This document shows positions 26,606 to 35,669 of a stretch of 36,602 nt of DNA, piece after piece (position 1 is the stretch's first letter; every line of letters starts with the position of its first letter). The notes below the pieces were generated by a model, which was not told the DNA's origin, did no database searches, and was given only the letters and a program-made list of their open reading frames with translations. Source of the stretch: Chloroflexota bacterium (lineage in GTDB: Bacteria; Chloroflexota; Limnocylindria; P2-11E); the NCBI GenBank assembly GCA_043750135.1, contig JAYVCA010000055.1, forward strand, positions 1-36,602, given 5' to 3'. A program made the translations under genes and the position numbers.

Positions 26606-27985
26606 CTAGCGCGCCCGGAGGATGAGGGTGCCTTCGCCTGGACCAACAGCCGAGCGGGTGAGCGGCAGCGGGTGGAGCAGGCCGGCGCGCCACAGCCCGG
26701 TCTGGTCGCCGTGGTGGCGGGCGGCCGGCTGCCCGGACTGACCGAGCGGGAGCACCGCGCGCGCGAGATCCAGATCGCCGAGATCGACGACGATCCCCTC
26801 CAGTCCACCCCCGGCCCCACCGCTGGCCGGCGGGTCGAACGGACCCGACGAGAGGAATCGCCCGAGCCCGGCCGGAAGGATCGTCTCCAGCGGATGGCGG
26901 AACGTGATCGCCGCCAACGGCACCGCCGCCGACGGCTGCCGTAGCTGACGGGCTTCGCCGCTGGGGGGATCGAACGCCACGCGGCCCGCGGTGGCCGTGC
27001 CGATGTGTCCGGCGGCGTCGGCGTAGCAATATGCCGGGGTGCCGCCGTGCGCGGCCGCGAGCGCCGCGCTGAACGTCGCCGGATCGCCCGCTCGGGCAAG
27101 CGCCAGGCCCGCATCGAGATCGCCCAGGAGGCTCACCCCAGGGGCGGCGACGAACGACCAGGCGATCCGCCGGTTGTGACCGATCGCGATCCCGGGGATC
27201 CCGGGGGCGGCAAACCCCACCAGGTCGTCCTCTGGCCCGGAGAGCGCGACCGCGTACCAGAGCGCCGGATCGCGCTGACCGGCGAGGCGCGGGTCGCCCT
27301 GCAACGATGGATGGCCGGAGGCGGTGCGCGATCCGGCGAGGGCGGCGCAGCTCGCCCCGGCGTCGGTGCCCGCCCCGGCGACGAACCGGCCGAGCGGGGA
27401 GGCGGCGGTCCGCTCCTGACCGAGGACCCGTTGAACGACGAGCGTGTCGGCCACCGTCCAGGGGACCGGACGAAAGCCCAGGATGGTGAACTCGAGCGGG
27501 AGCGACTCGCCGTGCTGCTCCAAGAACTTGTTCACTCCGTCGGCGTACGCCTGCGCCGCGGCGCGGGCCGCTTCACCAAGACGAGCGCCATCCGCCGCCG
27601 CCCCGGCGGCGAGCCCGCTGGCCGCGGCGAACCCATCGCTCTCCGCGCCTTCAGGCCCGATCGCCGCGGCGAGCTGACCCCGCCCGGCGCGCCGCAGGAG
27701 CTCGATCTGGAAGAGCCGGTCCTGCGCCACGACGTAGCCCTGCAGGTAGAAGAGATCGTGGGTCGTGCGGGCGAAGATGTGTGGCACCCCCCAGTCATCG
27801 CGGATGATCTCGGCCCGCTGGTCGAGCCCCAGCAGCCGCATATCGGCGTCGATCGTCGGCAATGGCCGGTACAGCAGGATGAGAACGGCGAGGACCAGCG
27901 AGGCGACGAGGATGAGCGCAGCCGACGCGACCACCACGCGGCCGCGCCGGGCGATCGCGCCAGGTGGTCGGGAGCGCTGACTCAC
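26606..27985 (-). CDS. Penicillin/AHL acylase family (peptidase S45, Ntn hydrolase)-like protein; N-terminal membrane anchor; strongly shortened beta region
   Basis: 459 aa. WGVPHIFA...LQGYVVAQDRLFQIELLRR, LPLEFTILGFRPVPW, a SCAALAGSRTASGHPSLQGDPRL junction where SN.W..G.RT.SG.PLLANDPHL is expected, GHNRRIAWSF and C-terminal PLGQSGQP...HHGDQ. GTG start overlaps the BCCP stop (GTGA). Confidence 0.7.
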   Translation of the reverse strand: MSQRSRPPGAIARRGRVVVASAALILVASLVLAVLILLYRPLPTIDADMRLLGLDQRAEIIRDDWGVPHIFARTTHDLFYLQGYVVAQDRLFQIELLRRAGRGQLAAAIGPEGAESDGFAAASGLAAGAAADGARLGEAARAAAQAYADGVNKFLEQHGESLPLEFTILGFRPVPWTVADTLVVQRVLGQERTAASPLGRFVAGAGTDAGASCAALAGSRTASGHPSLQGDPRLAGQRDPALWYAVALSGPEDDLVGFAAPGIPGIAIGHNRRIAWSFVAAPGVSLLGDLDAGLALARAGDPATFSAALAAAHGGTPAYCYADAAGHIGTATAGRVAFDPPSGEARQLRQPSAAVPLAAITFRHPLETILPAGLGRFLSSGPFDPPASGGAGGGLEGIVVDLGDLDLARAVLPLGQSGQPAARHHGDQTGLWRAGLLHPLPLTRSAVGPGEGTLILRAR

Positions 27986-28485
27986 CCCCGCGTATCTGGA
28001 GCGATGACCACCAGGAGCGTCCCCCCATCGACCGTCGCGCCGACCCCCGCACCGAGCTTCGTCACCGTGCCGGCCTGGGGGGCCCGAAGCTCGTTCTCCA
28101 TTTTCATCGCCTCGAGCGTGACCAGGGGCGCGCCGGCCTCAACACGTGCGCCCTCGACGACGTGGATCGCCTTGAGGAGACCGGGCATCGGCGCCCGGAC
28201 CTCGACGCGACCGCCGGCCTTGCGGCCGCCCCGGCGCGCCGCAGCGACCGCTCGCTCGTCCGCGACGTCGGCCCGCGTCTCGATGCCATCCACCCAGAGG
28301 CGAAGTGGGTCGCGGCCGAGGAGCGCGATCTCGTGCGCCGCGCCGTCGATGGTGACCGACCAGAGCGCGCCGGCGACGACCTCGGTGACCACTGCGGCAA
28401 CGACCGCGTCATCCACGAGTGCGCGCCCGTCGGCGGTGGTCTCGACGCGCAGCAGCGTGTCGGCGATCCGGACCTCGTACCTCAT
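27982..28485 (-). CDS. Biotin carboxyl carrier protein (biotinyl domain)
   Basis: Trimmed to ATG 28485, which overlaps the biotin carboxylase stop (ATGA); 167 aa. Biotinylation motif LEAMKMENEL. Confidence 0.85.
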   Translation of the reverse strand: MRYEVRIADTLLRVETTADGRALVDDAVVAAVVTEVVAGALWSVTIDGAAHEIALLGRDPLRLWVDGIETRADVADERAVAAARRGGRKAGGRVEVRAPMPGLLKAIHVVEGARVEAGAPLVTLEAMKMENELRAPQAGTVTKLGAGVGATVDGGTLLVVIAPDTRG

Positions 28486-29975
28486 CGGCGCGCGTCCAGG
28501 CGGGCCGCGCGCGTCCACGCCGATGCGGCCGCATCGGCGGCGGCGGCCGTCCGCCGTTGCAACCCGACGGCGATGAGCGCCGCGGCCTGCGCCGCGGTGT
28601 CGTTCAGGTCCGGCGGGCGGGCGTCCGACCAATGCGTCGCGACGTAATCGGTGTCGTACCGCCCGGCGACAAAGTCCGGCTCGGCAAGGACGTGGGCGTG
28701 GAACGGAAGCGCGGTCGGCAGCCCGGCGATGATCGTCTCGCGGACCGCACGGCGTGCGCGGGCGATCGCGATCAGGCGGGTGGGCCCGCTGACGATGATC
28801 TTGGCGAGCAGCGGGTCGTACTCGTTCGGGACGGTCAGGCCGGCCGCGAGCGCCGAATCCACTCGCACGCCAGGGCCGAGCGGCTCGCGGACAAAGGTGA
28901 GCCGGCCCCCCGCGGGCAGGAAGCCGGCGTACGGATCCTCCGCGGTGATCCGCAGCTCGATCGCGACGCCATCGCGGCGGATCTCCTCCTGCCCGAAGGG
29001 CAGCCGCTCGCCCGCGGCGATCTGGAGCTGAAGCGCCACGAGATCCAGGCCGGTGACGAGCTCGGTGACCGGGTGCTCGACCTGGAGCCGGGTGTTCATC
29101 TCGAGGAACGCGAAGCTCTCGTCGGGCGAGACGAGGAACTCCGCGGTGCCGGCGCTGGTATACCCGGCAGCGCGGGCGATGCGTACCGCGCTCTCCCCCA
29201 GGCGAGCGCGCAGCTCCGCAGTGACCGATGGGCCGGGGGTCTCCTCGATGAGCTTCTGGTGCCGCCGCTGGATCGAGCAGTCGCGCTCGCCGAGCCACAC
29301 GACGTTCCCCTGCTGGTCGGCGATGACCTGGACCTCGATGTGTCGCGCGTTCGTGATGAGCCGCTCGATCAGGATCCGCGCATCGCCAAAGGCGGTCGTC
29401 GCCTCTCCGGTCGACCCACGCCACGCCGCGGCCAGCTCGTCCGCGGAACGCACGACGCGCATCCCCTTCCCCCCGCCGCCAGCGGCCGGCTTCAACAGCA
29501 GCGGGTAGCCGATCCGCTCCGCGGCTTCCCGAGCCGCGGCTTCGTCGCTGATGGGGTCCGGCGTCCCTGGGGCGACCGGCACGCCGGCATCGCGCGCGAT
29601 CCGGCGCGCGCTCGTCTTCTCGCCGAGCGCACGTTGGACCGCCGCGTCAGGCCCGACGAAGATCAGGCCCGACTCGGCGACCGCCTGGGCGAAGCCGGCG
29701 TTCTCGGAGAGGAAGCCGTAGCCGGGATGGATCGCGCCGGCGCCGGAGCGCTTCGCGACGGCGATGATCCGGTCGCCGTTCAGATAGCTCTCCGCGGGGG
29801 CCGCGCCGCCGATCAGGTAGGCCGCGTCGGCGAAGCGCACATGCGGCGCCGCCCTGTCGATGTCGCTGTACACCGCGACGGTGCGCAGGCCCAGGTCGCG
29901 GCAGGTGCGCATGATCCGCAGCGCGATCTCACCGCGATTGGCAACCAGGACGGTGTCGAAGGGGCGGCGGCTCAG
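28482..29975 (-). CDS. accC: Acetyl/propionyl-CoA carboxylase biotin carboxylase subunit (ATP-grasp)
   Basis: The track ORF starts at ATG 29912 (MRTCRDLGL...), but the conserved [13 protein letters not shown] segment is encoded in frame upstream of that ATG. The CDS is therefore extended to CTG 29975, which overlaps the pccB stop (CTGA). Confidence 0.88.
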   Translation of the reverse strand: MSRRPFDTVLVANRGEIALRIMRTCRDLGLRTVAVYSDIDRAAPHVRFADAAYLIGGAAPAESYLNGDRIIAVAKRSGAGAIHPGYGFLSENAGFAQAVAESGLIFVGPDAAVQRALGEKTSARRIARDAGVPVAPGTPDPISDEAAAREAAERIGYPLLLKPAAGGGGKGMRVVRSADELAAAWRGSTGEATTAFGDARILIERLITNARHIEVQVIADQQGNVVWLGERDCSIQRRHQKLIEETPGPSVTAELRARLGESAVRIARAAGYTSAGTAEFLVSPDESFAFLEMNTRLQVEHPVTELVTGLDLVALQLQIAAGERLPFGQEEIRRDGVAIELRITAEDPYAGFLPAGGRLTFVREPLGPGVRVDSALAAGLTVPNEYDPLLAKIIVSGPTRLIAIARARRAVRETIIAGLPTALPFHAHVLAEPDFVAGRYDTDYVATHWSDARPPDLNDTAAQAAALIAVGLQRRTAAAADAAASAWTRAARLDARR

Positions 29976-31561
29976 AGCGGGATGTTGCCGTGCTTCTTGC
30001 GGGGGTTGCTGTCGCGTTTCCCCGCAAGCGAGCGCAGCGCCGCGATCAGACGCGGGCGAGTCTCGTGCGGCTCGATGATGTCGTCGAGATAGCCGCGCGC
30101 GGCGGCGATGTAGGGGTTCGCGTAGCGTGCGACGTAGTCGGCGACCAGCTCCGCACGCCGCGCGTCTGGATCCGCCGCGGTGGCGAGCTCGTCCTTGTAC
30201 AGGATGTTCACCGCCCCCTCGGGGCCCATGACCGCGATCTCCGCGCCAGGCCAGGCGACGTTGTAGTCGCCGCGCAGGTGCTTGCTCGACATCACGTCGT
30301 ACGCCCCCCCGTAGGCCTTGCGAATGATGACCGTGAGCTTCGGCACGGTCGCCTCGGCGTACGCGTACAGCAGCTTGGCCCCGTTGCGGATGATGCCGCC
30401 GTGCTCCTGCGCGGTGCCTGGCAGGAAGCCCGGGACGTCCACGAGAGTGACGAGCGGGATGTTGAATGCGTCGCAGAACCGCACGAACCGCGCGGCCTTG
30501 ATCGACGCATTGATGTCGAGCACCCCGGCAAGGACCATCGGCTGCTGCGCCACGACGCCGACGGTTCCCCCATCGAGGCGGGCAAAAGCGCAGAGGATGT
30601 TCCGGGCCCAGCCCTCGTGGACCTCGAGCAGCCGGCCGTCGTCCACGACGCGGCGGATGACCTCGATCATGTCGTACGGCTTGGCCGCCGACTCAGGGAC
30701 GAGCGTGTCGAGCTCGCGGTCCTGCCGGTCGATCGGATCGTCGGTCGGCAGGCGTGGCGCGCCATCGAGGTTGTTCGATGGGAGATAGCCGATGAGCAGG
30801 CGCAGGAGGGTCGCGCAGGCGACCTCGTCATCGGCGACGAAATGCGCGACACCGGAGGTGCGTGCGTGGGTATCCGCGCCACCAAGCTCGTCAAAGGTGA
30901 CGTCCTCATGGGTCACGGTCTTCACCACGTTCGGTCCGGTGACGAACATGTAGGAGGTGTCGCGGACCATCGCGACGAAGTCGGTGATCGCCGGCGAATA
31001 CACGGCGCCCCCGGCGCAGGGCCCCATGACCGCGGACAGCTGCGGCACGACGCCGCTCGCCAGCACGTTGCGCAGGAAGATGTCGGCGTACCCGCCCAGC
31101 GAGACCACGCCTTCCTGGATCCGCGCGCCGCCGGAATCGTTGAGGCCGATGATCGGCGCTCCGTTGCGCACGGCTAGATCCATGACTTTCACGATCTTCG
31201 CCGCGTGCGCCTCGGCGAGCGAGCCGCCGAACACGGTGAAGTCTTGGGAGAAGACGTAGACCAGGCGCCCATCGATGCGGCCGAACCCGGTGACGACGCC
31301 GTCGCCCATGACCTGCTCGTCCGCGGCCGAGAGCTCGCTCGGCCGCGCGAGGACGAACGCGTCGAGCTCGGTGAACGAGCCGTCGTCAACGACCAGCTCG
31401 ATCCGCTCGCGGGCGGTGAGCTTTCCCTTGGCGTGCTGCTGCTCGATGCGGGCCTCGCCGCCTCCGCCGGCCGCCTGCGCGCGCATCGCCTCCAGGCGCT
31501 CGATCGGCGCCGACGCGCTGCCGGTACCCGATCGGTCCGCGCCACCGGACGCCGCGGTCAT
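29972..31561 (-). CDS. pccB: Propionyl-CoA carboxylase beta chain / acyl-CoA carboxyltransferase
   Basis: 529 aa. Typical carboxyltransferase sequence ([37 protein letters not shown]). Confidence 0.92.
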   Translation of the reverse strand: MTAASGGADRSGTGSASAPIERLEAMRAQAAGGGGEARIEQQHAKGKLTARERIELVVDDGSFTELDAFVLARPSELSAADEQVMGDGVVTGFGRIDGRLVYVFSQDFTVFGGSLAEAHAAKIVKVMDLAVRNGAPIIGLNDSGGARIQEGVVSLGGYADIFLRNVLASGVVPQLSAVMGPCAGGAVYSPAITDFVAMVRDTSYMFVTGPNVVKTVTHEDVTFDELGGADTHARTSGVAHFVADDEVACATLLRLLIGYLPSNNLDGAPRLPTDDPIDRQDRELDTLVPESAAKPYDMIEVIRRVVDDGRLLEVHEGWARNILCAFARLDGGTVGVVAQQPMVLAGVLDINASIKAARFVRFCDAFNIPLVTLVDVPGFLPGTAQEHGGIIRNGAKLLYAYAEATVPKLTVIIRKAYGGAYDVMSSKHLRGDYNVAWPGAEIAVMGPEGAVNILYKDELATAADPDARRAELVADYVARYANPYIAAARGYLDDIIEPHETRPRLIAALRSLAGKRDSNPRKKHGNIPL

Positions 31562-31662
31562 CGCGTCGGGTCCATGCGTCGAGCCATCGCCTCGGAGGAT
31601 AGGACGCGGCGTGCCTAGACTCTGGCCGACCGGTCAGGAGACCGGTTCGGGGAGGACAGGTC

Positions 31663-32055
31663 ATGACCACCGAGCTACACATCGCGCTCGAGGACCGGCC
31701 CGGCGCGCTCGCCTCGCTGGCGGAGGCCCTTGGCGAGGCCGGGGTGAACCTGGACAGCCTGTCGGGAAGCGGCGCGACCGGCGCCAAGGGATCGGCGCGC
31801 ATCATCGTGACCGACGCGGCCCGGGCGCTGAAGGCGATCGAGGCGGCCGGCCTCACCGTCACGACCGAGCGTGAAGTCCTGATCGTCGAGCTCGACGACA
31901 AGCCCGGCGAGCTGGCCAAGCTCGCCCGCAAGCTCGCCGACGCGCACATCAACCTCGACGCCGCCTACCTCCTGGGTCAGGGCCACGGAAAGAAGGAGAT
32001 CGTCCTCGGCGTCCCGGACGTGGCCAAGGCCCGGGCGATCGTCGGCGGCCGCTAG
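31663..32055 (+). CDS. Tandem ACT-domain protein
   Basis: 130 aa. Two repeats of the ACT-like pattern (LHIALEDRPGALASLAEALGEAGVNL and LIVELDDKPGELAKLARKLADAHINL). GGGGAGGA SD lies 6 nt upstream. Confidence 0.7.
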   Translation: MTTELHIALEDRPGALASLAEALGEAGVNLDSLSGSGATGAKGSARIIVTDAARALKAIEAAGLTVTTEREVLIVELDDKPGELAKLARKLADAHINLDAAYLLGQGHGKKEIVLGVPDVAKARAIVGGR

Positions 32056-32057
32056 GC

Positions 32058-32762
32058 GTGGCGACGGCGGAGGAGATCAAGGGAAAGATCGCGGTGGTGA
32101 TGTTCGACCAATACGGGACCGTGGTCGACATGCAGCGGGGCCTGACCGAGATCGCGACCCCGTTCCTCACGGACAAGGGCTGGACCGGGAACCCCGGCTC
32201 GTTCGTCACCTGGTGGCGCCGGACGCATTTCGAGAACTCGATGATCGACGCGCTGTTGCACAAGACCCACACGGCGTATCGCGAGATCGGCCACGCCGCC
32301 GTGGCGTACACGATGGACCGTGCCGGCATCGCCTACACGCCGGAAGAGGTGCGCTACCTCGTCGGCTGCATCGAGCGTTTGAAGCCGTTTCCCGACGCGC
32401 CCGCGGCGCTCGCCCGGCTCAAGTCGAAGTTCAAGATCGTGGTCCTGTCGAACGGTGACCCGGACATGCTCGAGGCGGCCAAGCCGTACCACGGCATCCC
32501 ATTCGATCGGGTGATCTCGGTGGCCGAAGCCGGCTCCTTCAAGCCGCACGTGGCGACGTACACCACGGCCGCCAAGATCATGGGTGTGCGCCTCGACGAG
32601 GTCCTGTTCGTCGCGAATCACGCGTTCGACTGCATCGGCGCGAAGGCCGCCGGGATGCACACCGCCTTCATCGACCGCCGCACGCGTCCATTCGGCGGCA
32701 CGCCCCACCAGCCGGACCTCGTCTTCGACGACCTGACCTCGCTCGCCGACGCCATCGCCTGA
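32058..32762 (+). CDS. HAD-superfamily hydrolase, haloacid dehalogenase type II-like
   Basis: 234 aa. Nucleophile motif VMFDQYGTVVDM, then VVLSNGD, SFKPHVATY and FVANHAFDCIGAKAAG. GTG start. Confidence 0.78.
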   Translation: MATAEEIKGKIAVVMFDQYGTVVDMQRGLTEIATPFLTDKGWTGNPGSFVTWWRRTHFENSMIDALLHKTHTAYREIGHAAVAYTMDRAGIAYTPEEVRYLVGCIERLKPFPDAPAALARLKSKFKIVVLSNGDPDMLEAAKPYHGIPFDRVISVAEAGSFKPHVATYTTAAKIMGVRLDEVLFVANHAFDCIGAKAAGMHTAFIDRRTRPFGGTPHQPDLVFDDLTSLADAIA

Positions 32763-33259
32763 TGCGGCCCGGCGACGAAAGAGATCGCGCGCCATCCATC
32801 GACGAACAGGCCGCCCGTCGCGCGTTCGAGAACGCGCTCGCGACGTACCGGCAGGACTTTGGCACCTTCTTCCTCGCGCGCCTCCTCGGCCTGGAGATCA
32901 GCTACCCCGGCGAGACCTGCGCGATCACGTTCGCGCCGGCGGAGTTCCTGTTCAACCCGCAGGGAACGCTGCACGGGGGCGTCATCGCCACGGTGATGGA
33001 CATCTCGATGGGTCACTTATTGAACCGTGCCGCGGGCCCCGGCGCCACGCTCGAAATGAAGACGCAATATCTGAAGGCGGCGCGAGCCGGGACGCTCACC
33101 TGTACCGGCCGCTTCCTTCGCCGGGGAACGAGCATCTCGTACCTCGCCTCGGAGCTCATTGACGGTGACGGCGATCTGGTGGCCTTCGCCACGGCGACCT
33201 GGCGGTCGCTCGGCCCGCCGGACGCTGGCTCAGCTCCTAATGCTTCAGGTTCACCGTGA
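32762..33259 (+). CDS. PaaI-family hotdog-fold thioesterase
   Basis: 165 aa. NPQGTLHGGVIATVMDISMG is the PaaI/4HBT-type motif. TGATG overlap with the HAD gene. Confidence 0.8.
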   Translation: MRPGDERDRAPSIDEQAARRAFENALATYRQDFGTFFLARLLGLEISYPGETCAITFAPAEFLFNPQGTLHGGVIATVMDISMGHLLNRAAGPGATLEMKTQYLKAARAGTLTCTGRFLRRGTSISYLASELIDGDGDLVAFATATWRSLGPPDAGSAPNASGSP

Positions 33260-34697
33260 CCGACTTCCGCTGGGTGAACCCATCGAGCATGCCCTCCAGT
33301 GAGAACTCCCGGCCGATGCCCGACTGCTTCATGCCTCCGTAGGACATGCCCGGGAGCTGGCCGAGACCGCGGTTCACCTGCACCCACCCTGACTCGATGC
33401 GATGCGCGGTCGAGAGCGCCTGTCCGATGTCCCGGCACCACACGTAGGCGGCGAGCCCGTAGTGGGAATCGTTCGCCATCCGGATCGCCTCGTCCCGGTC
33501 GGTCCAGGGGATGACCACGAGCACCGGGCCGAAGATCTCCTCGCGCGCCAGGCGCCAGTCGTTGTCGGCGGCGGTGAAGATCGTCGGGGTGACGAAGTAG
33601 CCCTCCGACAATGGTCCCTCCCCGGGCGGACGGCCACCGACGGCCACGCCACCGCGCTGGAGGCCGTCCTCGATATACGCGCAGACCTTGTCGAATTGGC
33701 TCTTGTTGATGATCGAGCCCATATCGGTCGCCTCGTCGAGCGGATCGCCGACGGTGAATGCCCCGGCCTTCTTCACCAGCCGGTCGAGGAAGGAGTCGTG
33801 GATCGAGGCATGCAGGAAGAGCCGCGAGCCCGCGGTGCAGGACTGCCCCTGGCGGGTGAAGCGCATCCCCGCCAGCACGCCGTCGGCGGTCGCGTCGTCA
33901 TCGGAGTCGGGGAACACGATGGCCGGGCTCTTGCCGCCGAGCTCGAGCGAGACCGGCACGATCCGGTCGGCGGCGGCATGCATCACCAGCTTCCCGACCT
34001 CGGTCGAGCCGGTGAAGGACAGCTTCCGCACTGCCGGGTGCGCGGTGAGTGCGGCCCCGGCCTCGTGCCCGTAGCCGGTGACGACGTTCAGCACGCCCGC
34101 GGGTAGATGCTGCGCGCAGATCCGGGCCATCCGGAGCACGCCCAGCGGCGCGTCCTCCGCCGCCTTGAGCACGAGCGTGTTGCCCGAGGCGATGGACATC
34201 GCGATCTTCAGCGCCGAGAGCTGGACCGGCGCGTTCCACGGGACGATGCCGCCAACGACGCCCAGCGGCTCGCGCCGGTTGTACACGAGGAGGTCCTCGC
34301 CCAACGGGATCACCTCGCCCTTCAGCTCCTGCGCGGCGCCGCCGAAGTAGCGGAGGATGTCGGTCGCGCTGCGGACCTCCGGCCGGGCCTGGGTCCGGAG
34401 CGCATTCCCGGTCTCGGTGGCGATGATGCGGGCGAGCGCTTCGGCGTCGGCCTCGACCAGATCGGCGATCCGGAGCAGAGCGAGGCCGCGGTCGCGGGGC
34501 GGCGTCGCCCGCCACCCGGGGAAGGCCGTAGCCGCGGCCCGGCAGGCCCGGTCGACATCCGGCTCGCGGCCGCGCGGGACCGTGGCGATCACCGAGCCGC
34601 GACGGGCGGGGTTCTCGACATCGATCGTGCCGCCGTCCCGCGCGTCCACCCACTCGCCACCGATGAGCATCTGCTGCGCCGCCGCCGTGCCGGTCAC
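33237..34697 (-). CDS. NAD(P)-dependent aldehyde dehydrogenase
   Basis: 486 aa. VSLELGGKSP and QGQSCTAGSR catalytic Glu/Cys motifs, plus FTGSTEVG. Confidence 0.9.
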   Translation of the reverse strand: MTGTAAAQQMLIGGEWVDARDGGTIDVENPARRGSVIATVPRGREPDVDRACRAAATAFPGWRATPPRDRGLALLRIADLVEADAEALARIIATETGNALRTQARPEVRSATDILRYFGGAAQELKGEVIPLGEDLLVYNRREPLGVVGGIVPWNAPVQLSALKIAMSIASGNTLVLKAAEDAPLGVLRMARICAQHLPAGVLNVVTGYGHEAGAALTAHPAVRKLSFTGSTEVGKLVMHAAADRIVPVSLELGGKSPAIVFPDSDDDATADGVLAGMRFTRQGQSCTAGSRLFLHASIHDSFLDRLVKKAGAFTVGDPLDEATDMGSIINKSQFDKVCAYIEDGLQRGGVAVGGRPPGEGPLSEGYFVTPTIFTAADNDWRLAREEIFGPVLVVIPWTDRDEAIRMANDSHYGLAAYVWCRDIGQALSTAHRIESGWVQVNRGLGQLPGMSYGGMKQSGIGREFSLEGMLDGFTQRKSVTVNLKH

Positions 34698-35596
34698 GCC
34701 TTCGCCTCAGCGCGATCCATGACCTTGAACACCGCCGAGAAGTCGCTGCGGCCGTGCCCCTGCTGGCTGGCGAGGGCGTAGAGCTGCTGCGCCGCGGCGG
34801 CGAGGGCGAGTGGCAGCCGCAGCTCCGACGCTGCGGCCATGATCAGGGTGAGGTCCTTGTGCATGAGGTCGACCATGAAGCCCGGCGCGAAGTCACGCTC
34901 GCTCGGTGCGGTCGGCACCAGGCCGGCGACCGGAGGCCGGGTCTGAAGGGCCCAGCAATTCCCGGAGCTCTTCGACATGACGTCGAACAGCACCTTGGGG
35001 TCGGCGCCGAGACGCTCGCCGAGGGCGAACGCCTCAGCGACGGCGACGACCGAAGCACCGGCGACCAACTGGTTGCAGAGCTTCACCGCCTCGCCCATCC
35101 CCGCGGCGCCGCAGTGGATGATCGTCCGGCCCATTGCCCCGAGCAGGTCGCGCTGCGACTCGAGGTCCCCCTCGTCCCCCCCGACCATGATCGTGAGGGT
35201 TCCCTCGGCGGCGCCGGTCGAGGAGCCGCTCACCGGCGCATCGAGCATCGAAGCCCCGGTGGCCGCGACCTCGCCCGCGATACGGCGGCTCGTCCCCGGA
35301 TCGATCGTGCTCATGTCGATCACGACCATCCCCGGCGCGAGGCCGGCGATCACGCCATCCGGTCCGCGGTACGCCGCCTCGACGTGGCGCGAGGCCGGGA
35401 GCATCGTCACCACGACGTCCTGGCCGCTCGCCGCCTCGCGGCCATTCGCGGCGGCACGGGCGCCGGCCGCGACGAGCACGCGGATCGCACCCGAGTCGAG
35501 ATCGAACACGGTGAGCGCATGGCCGGCCTTCGCCAGGTTCAGGGCCATCGGCCCGCCCATGACACCAAGACCGACGAATCCGACGCGCTTGGCCAT
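34694..35596 (-). CDS. 3-hydroxyisobutyrate dehydrogenase-family NAD(P) oxidoreductase (MmsB-like)
   Basis: Trimmed to ATG 35596 (MAKRVGFVGLGVMGGPMALNL, Rossmann GxGxxG), with GGGAGG upstream; 300 aa. DAPVSGS and a KLCNQ-type motif are present. Confidence 0.85.
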   Translation of the reverse strand: MAKRVGFVGLGVMGGPMALNLAKAGHALTVFDLDSGAIRVLVAAGARAAANGREAASGQDVVVTMLPASRHVEAAYRGPDGVIAGLAPGMVVIDMSTIDPGTSRRIAGEVAATGASMLDAPVSGSSTGAAEGTLTIMVGGDEGDLESQRDLLGAMGRTIIHCGAAGMGEAVKLCNQLVAGASVVAVAEAFALGERLGADPKVLFDVMSKSSGNCWALQTRPPVAGLVPTAPSERDFAPGFMVDLMHKDLTLIMAAASELRLPLALAAAAQQLYALASQQGHGRSDFSAVFKVMDRAEAKA

Positions 35597-35669
35597 GGCC
35601 TGCCTCCCGGGTGAAATGCGAGGACGCTGCCGCGATGCTATCGCCGCCCGGCCATACGCCGCGCTGTCC

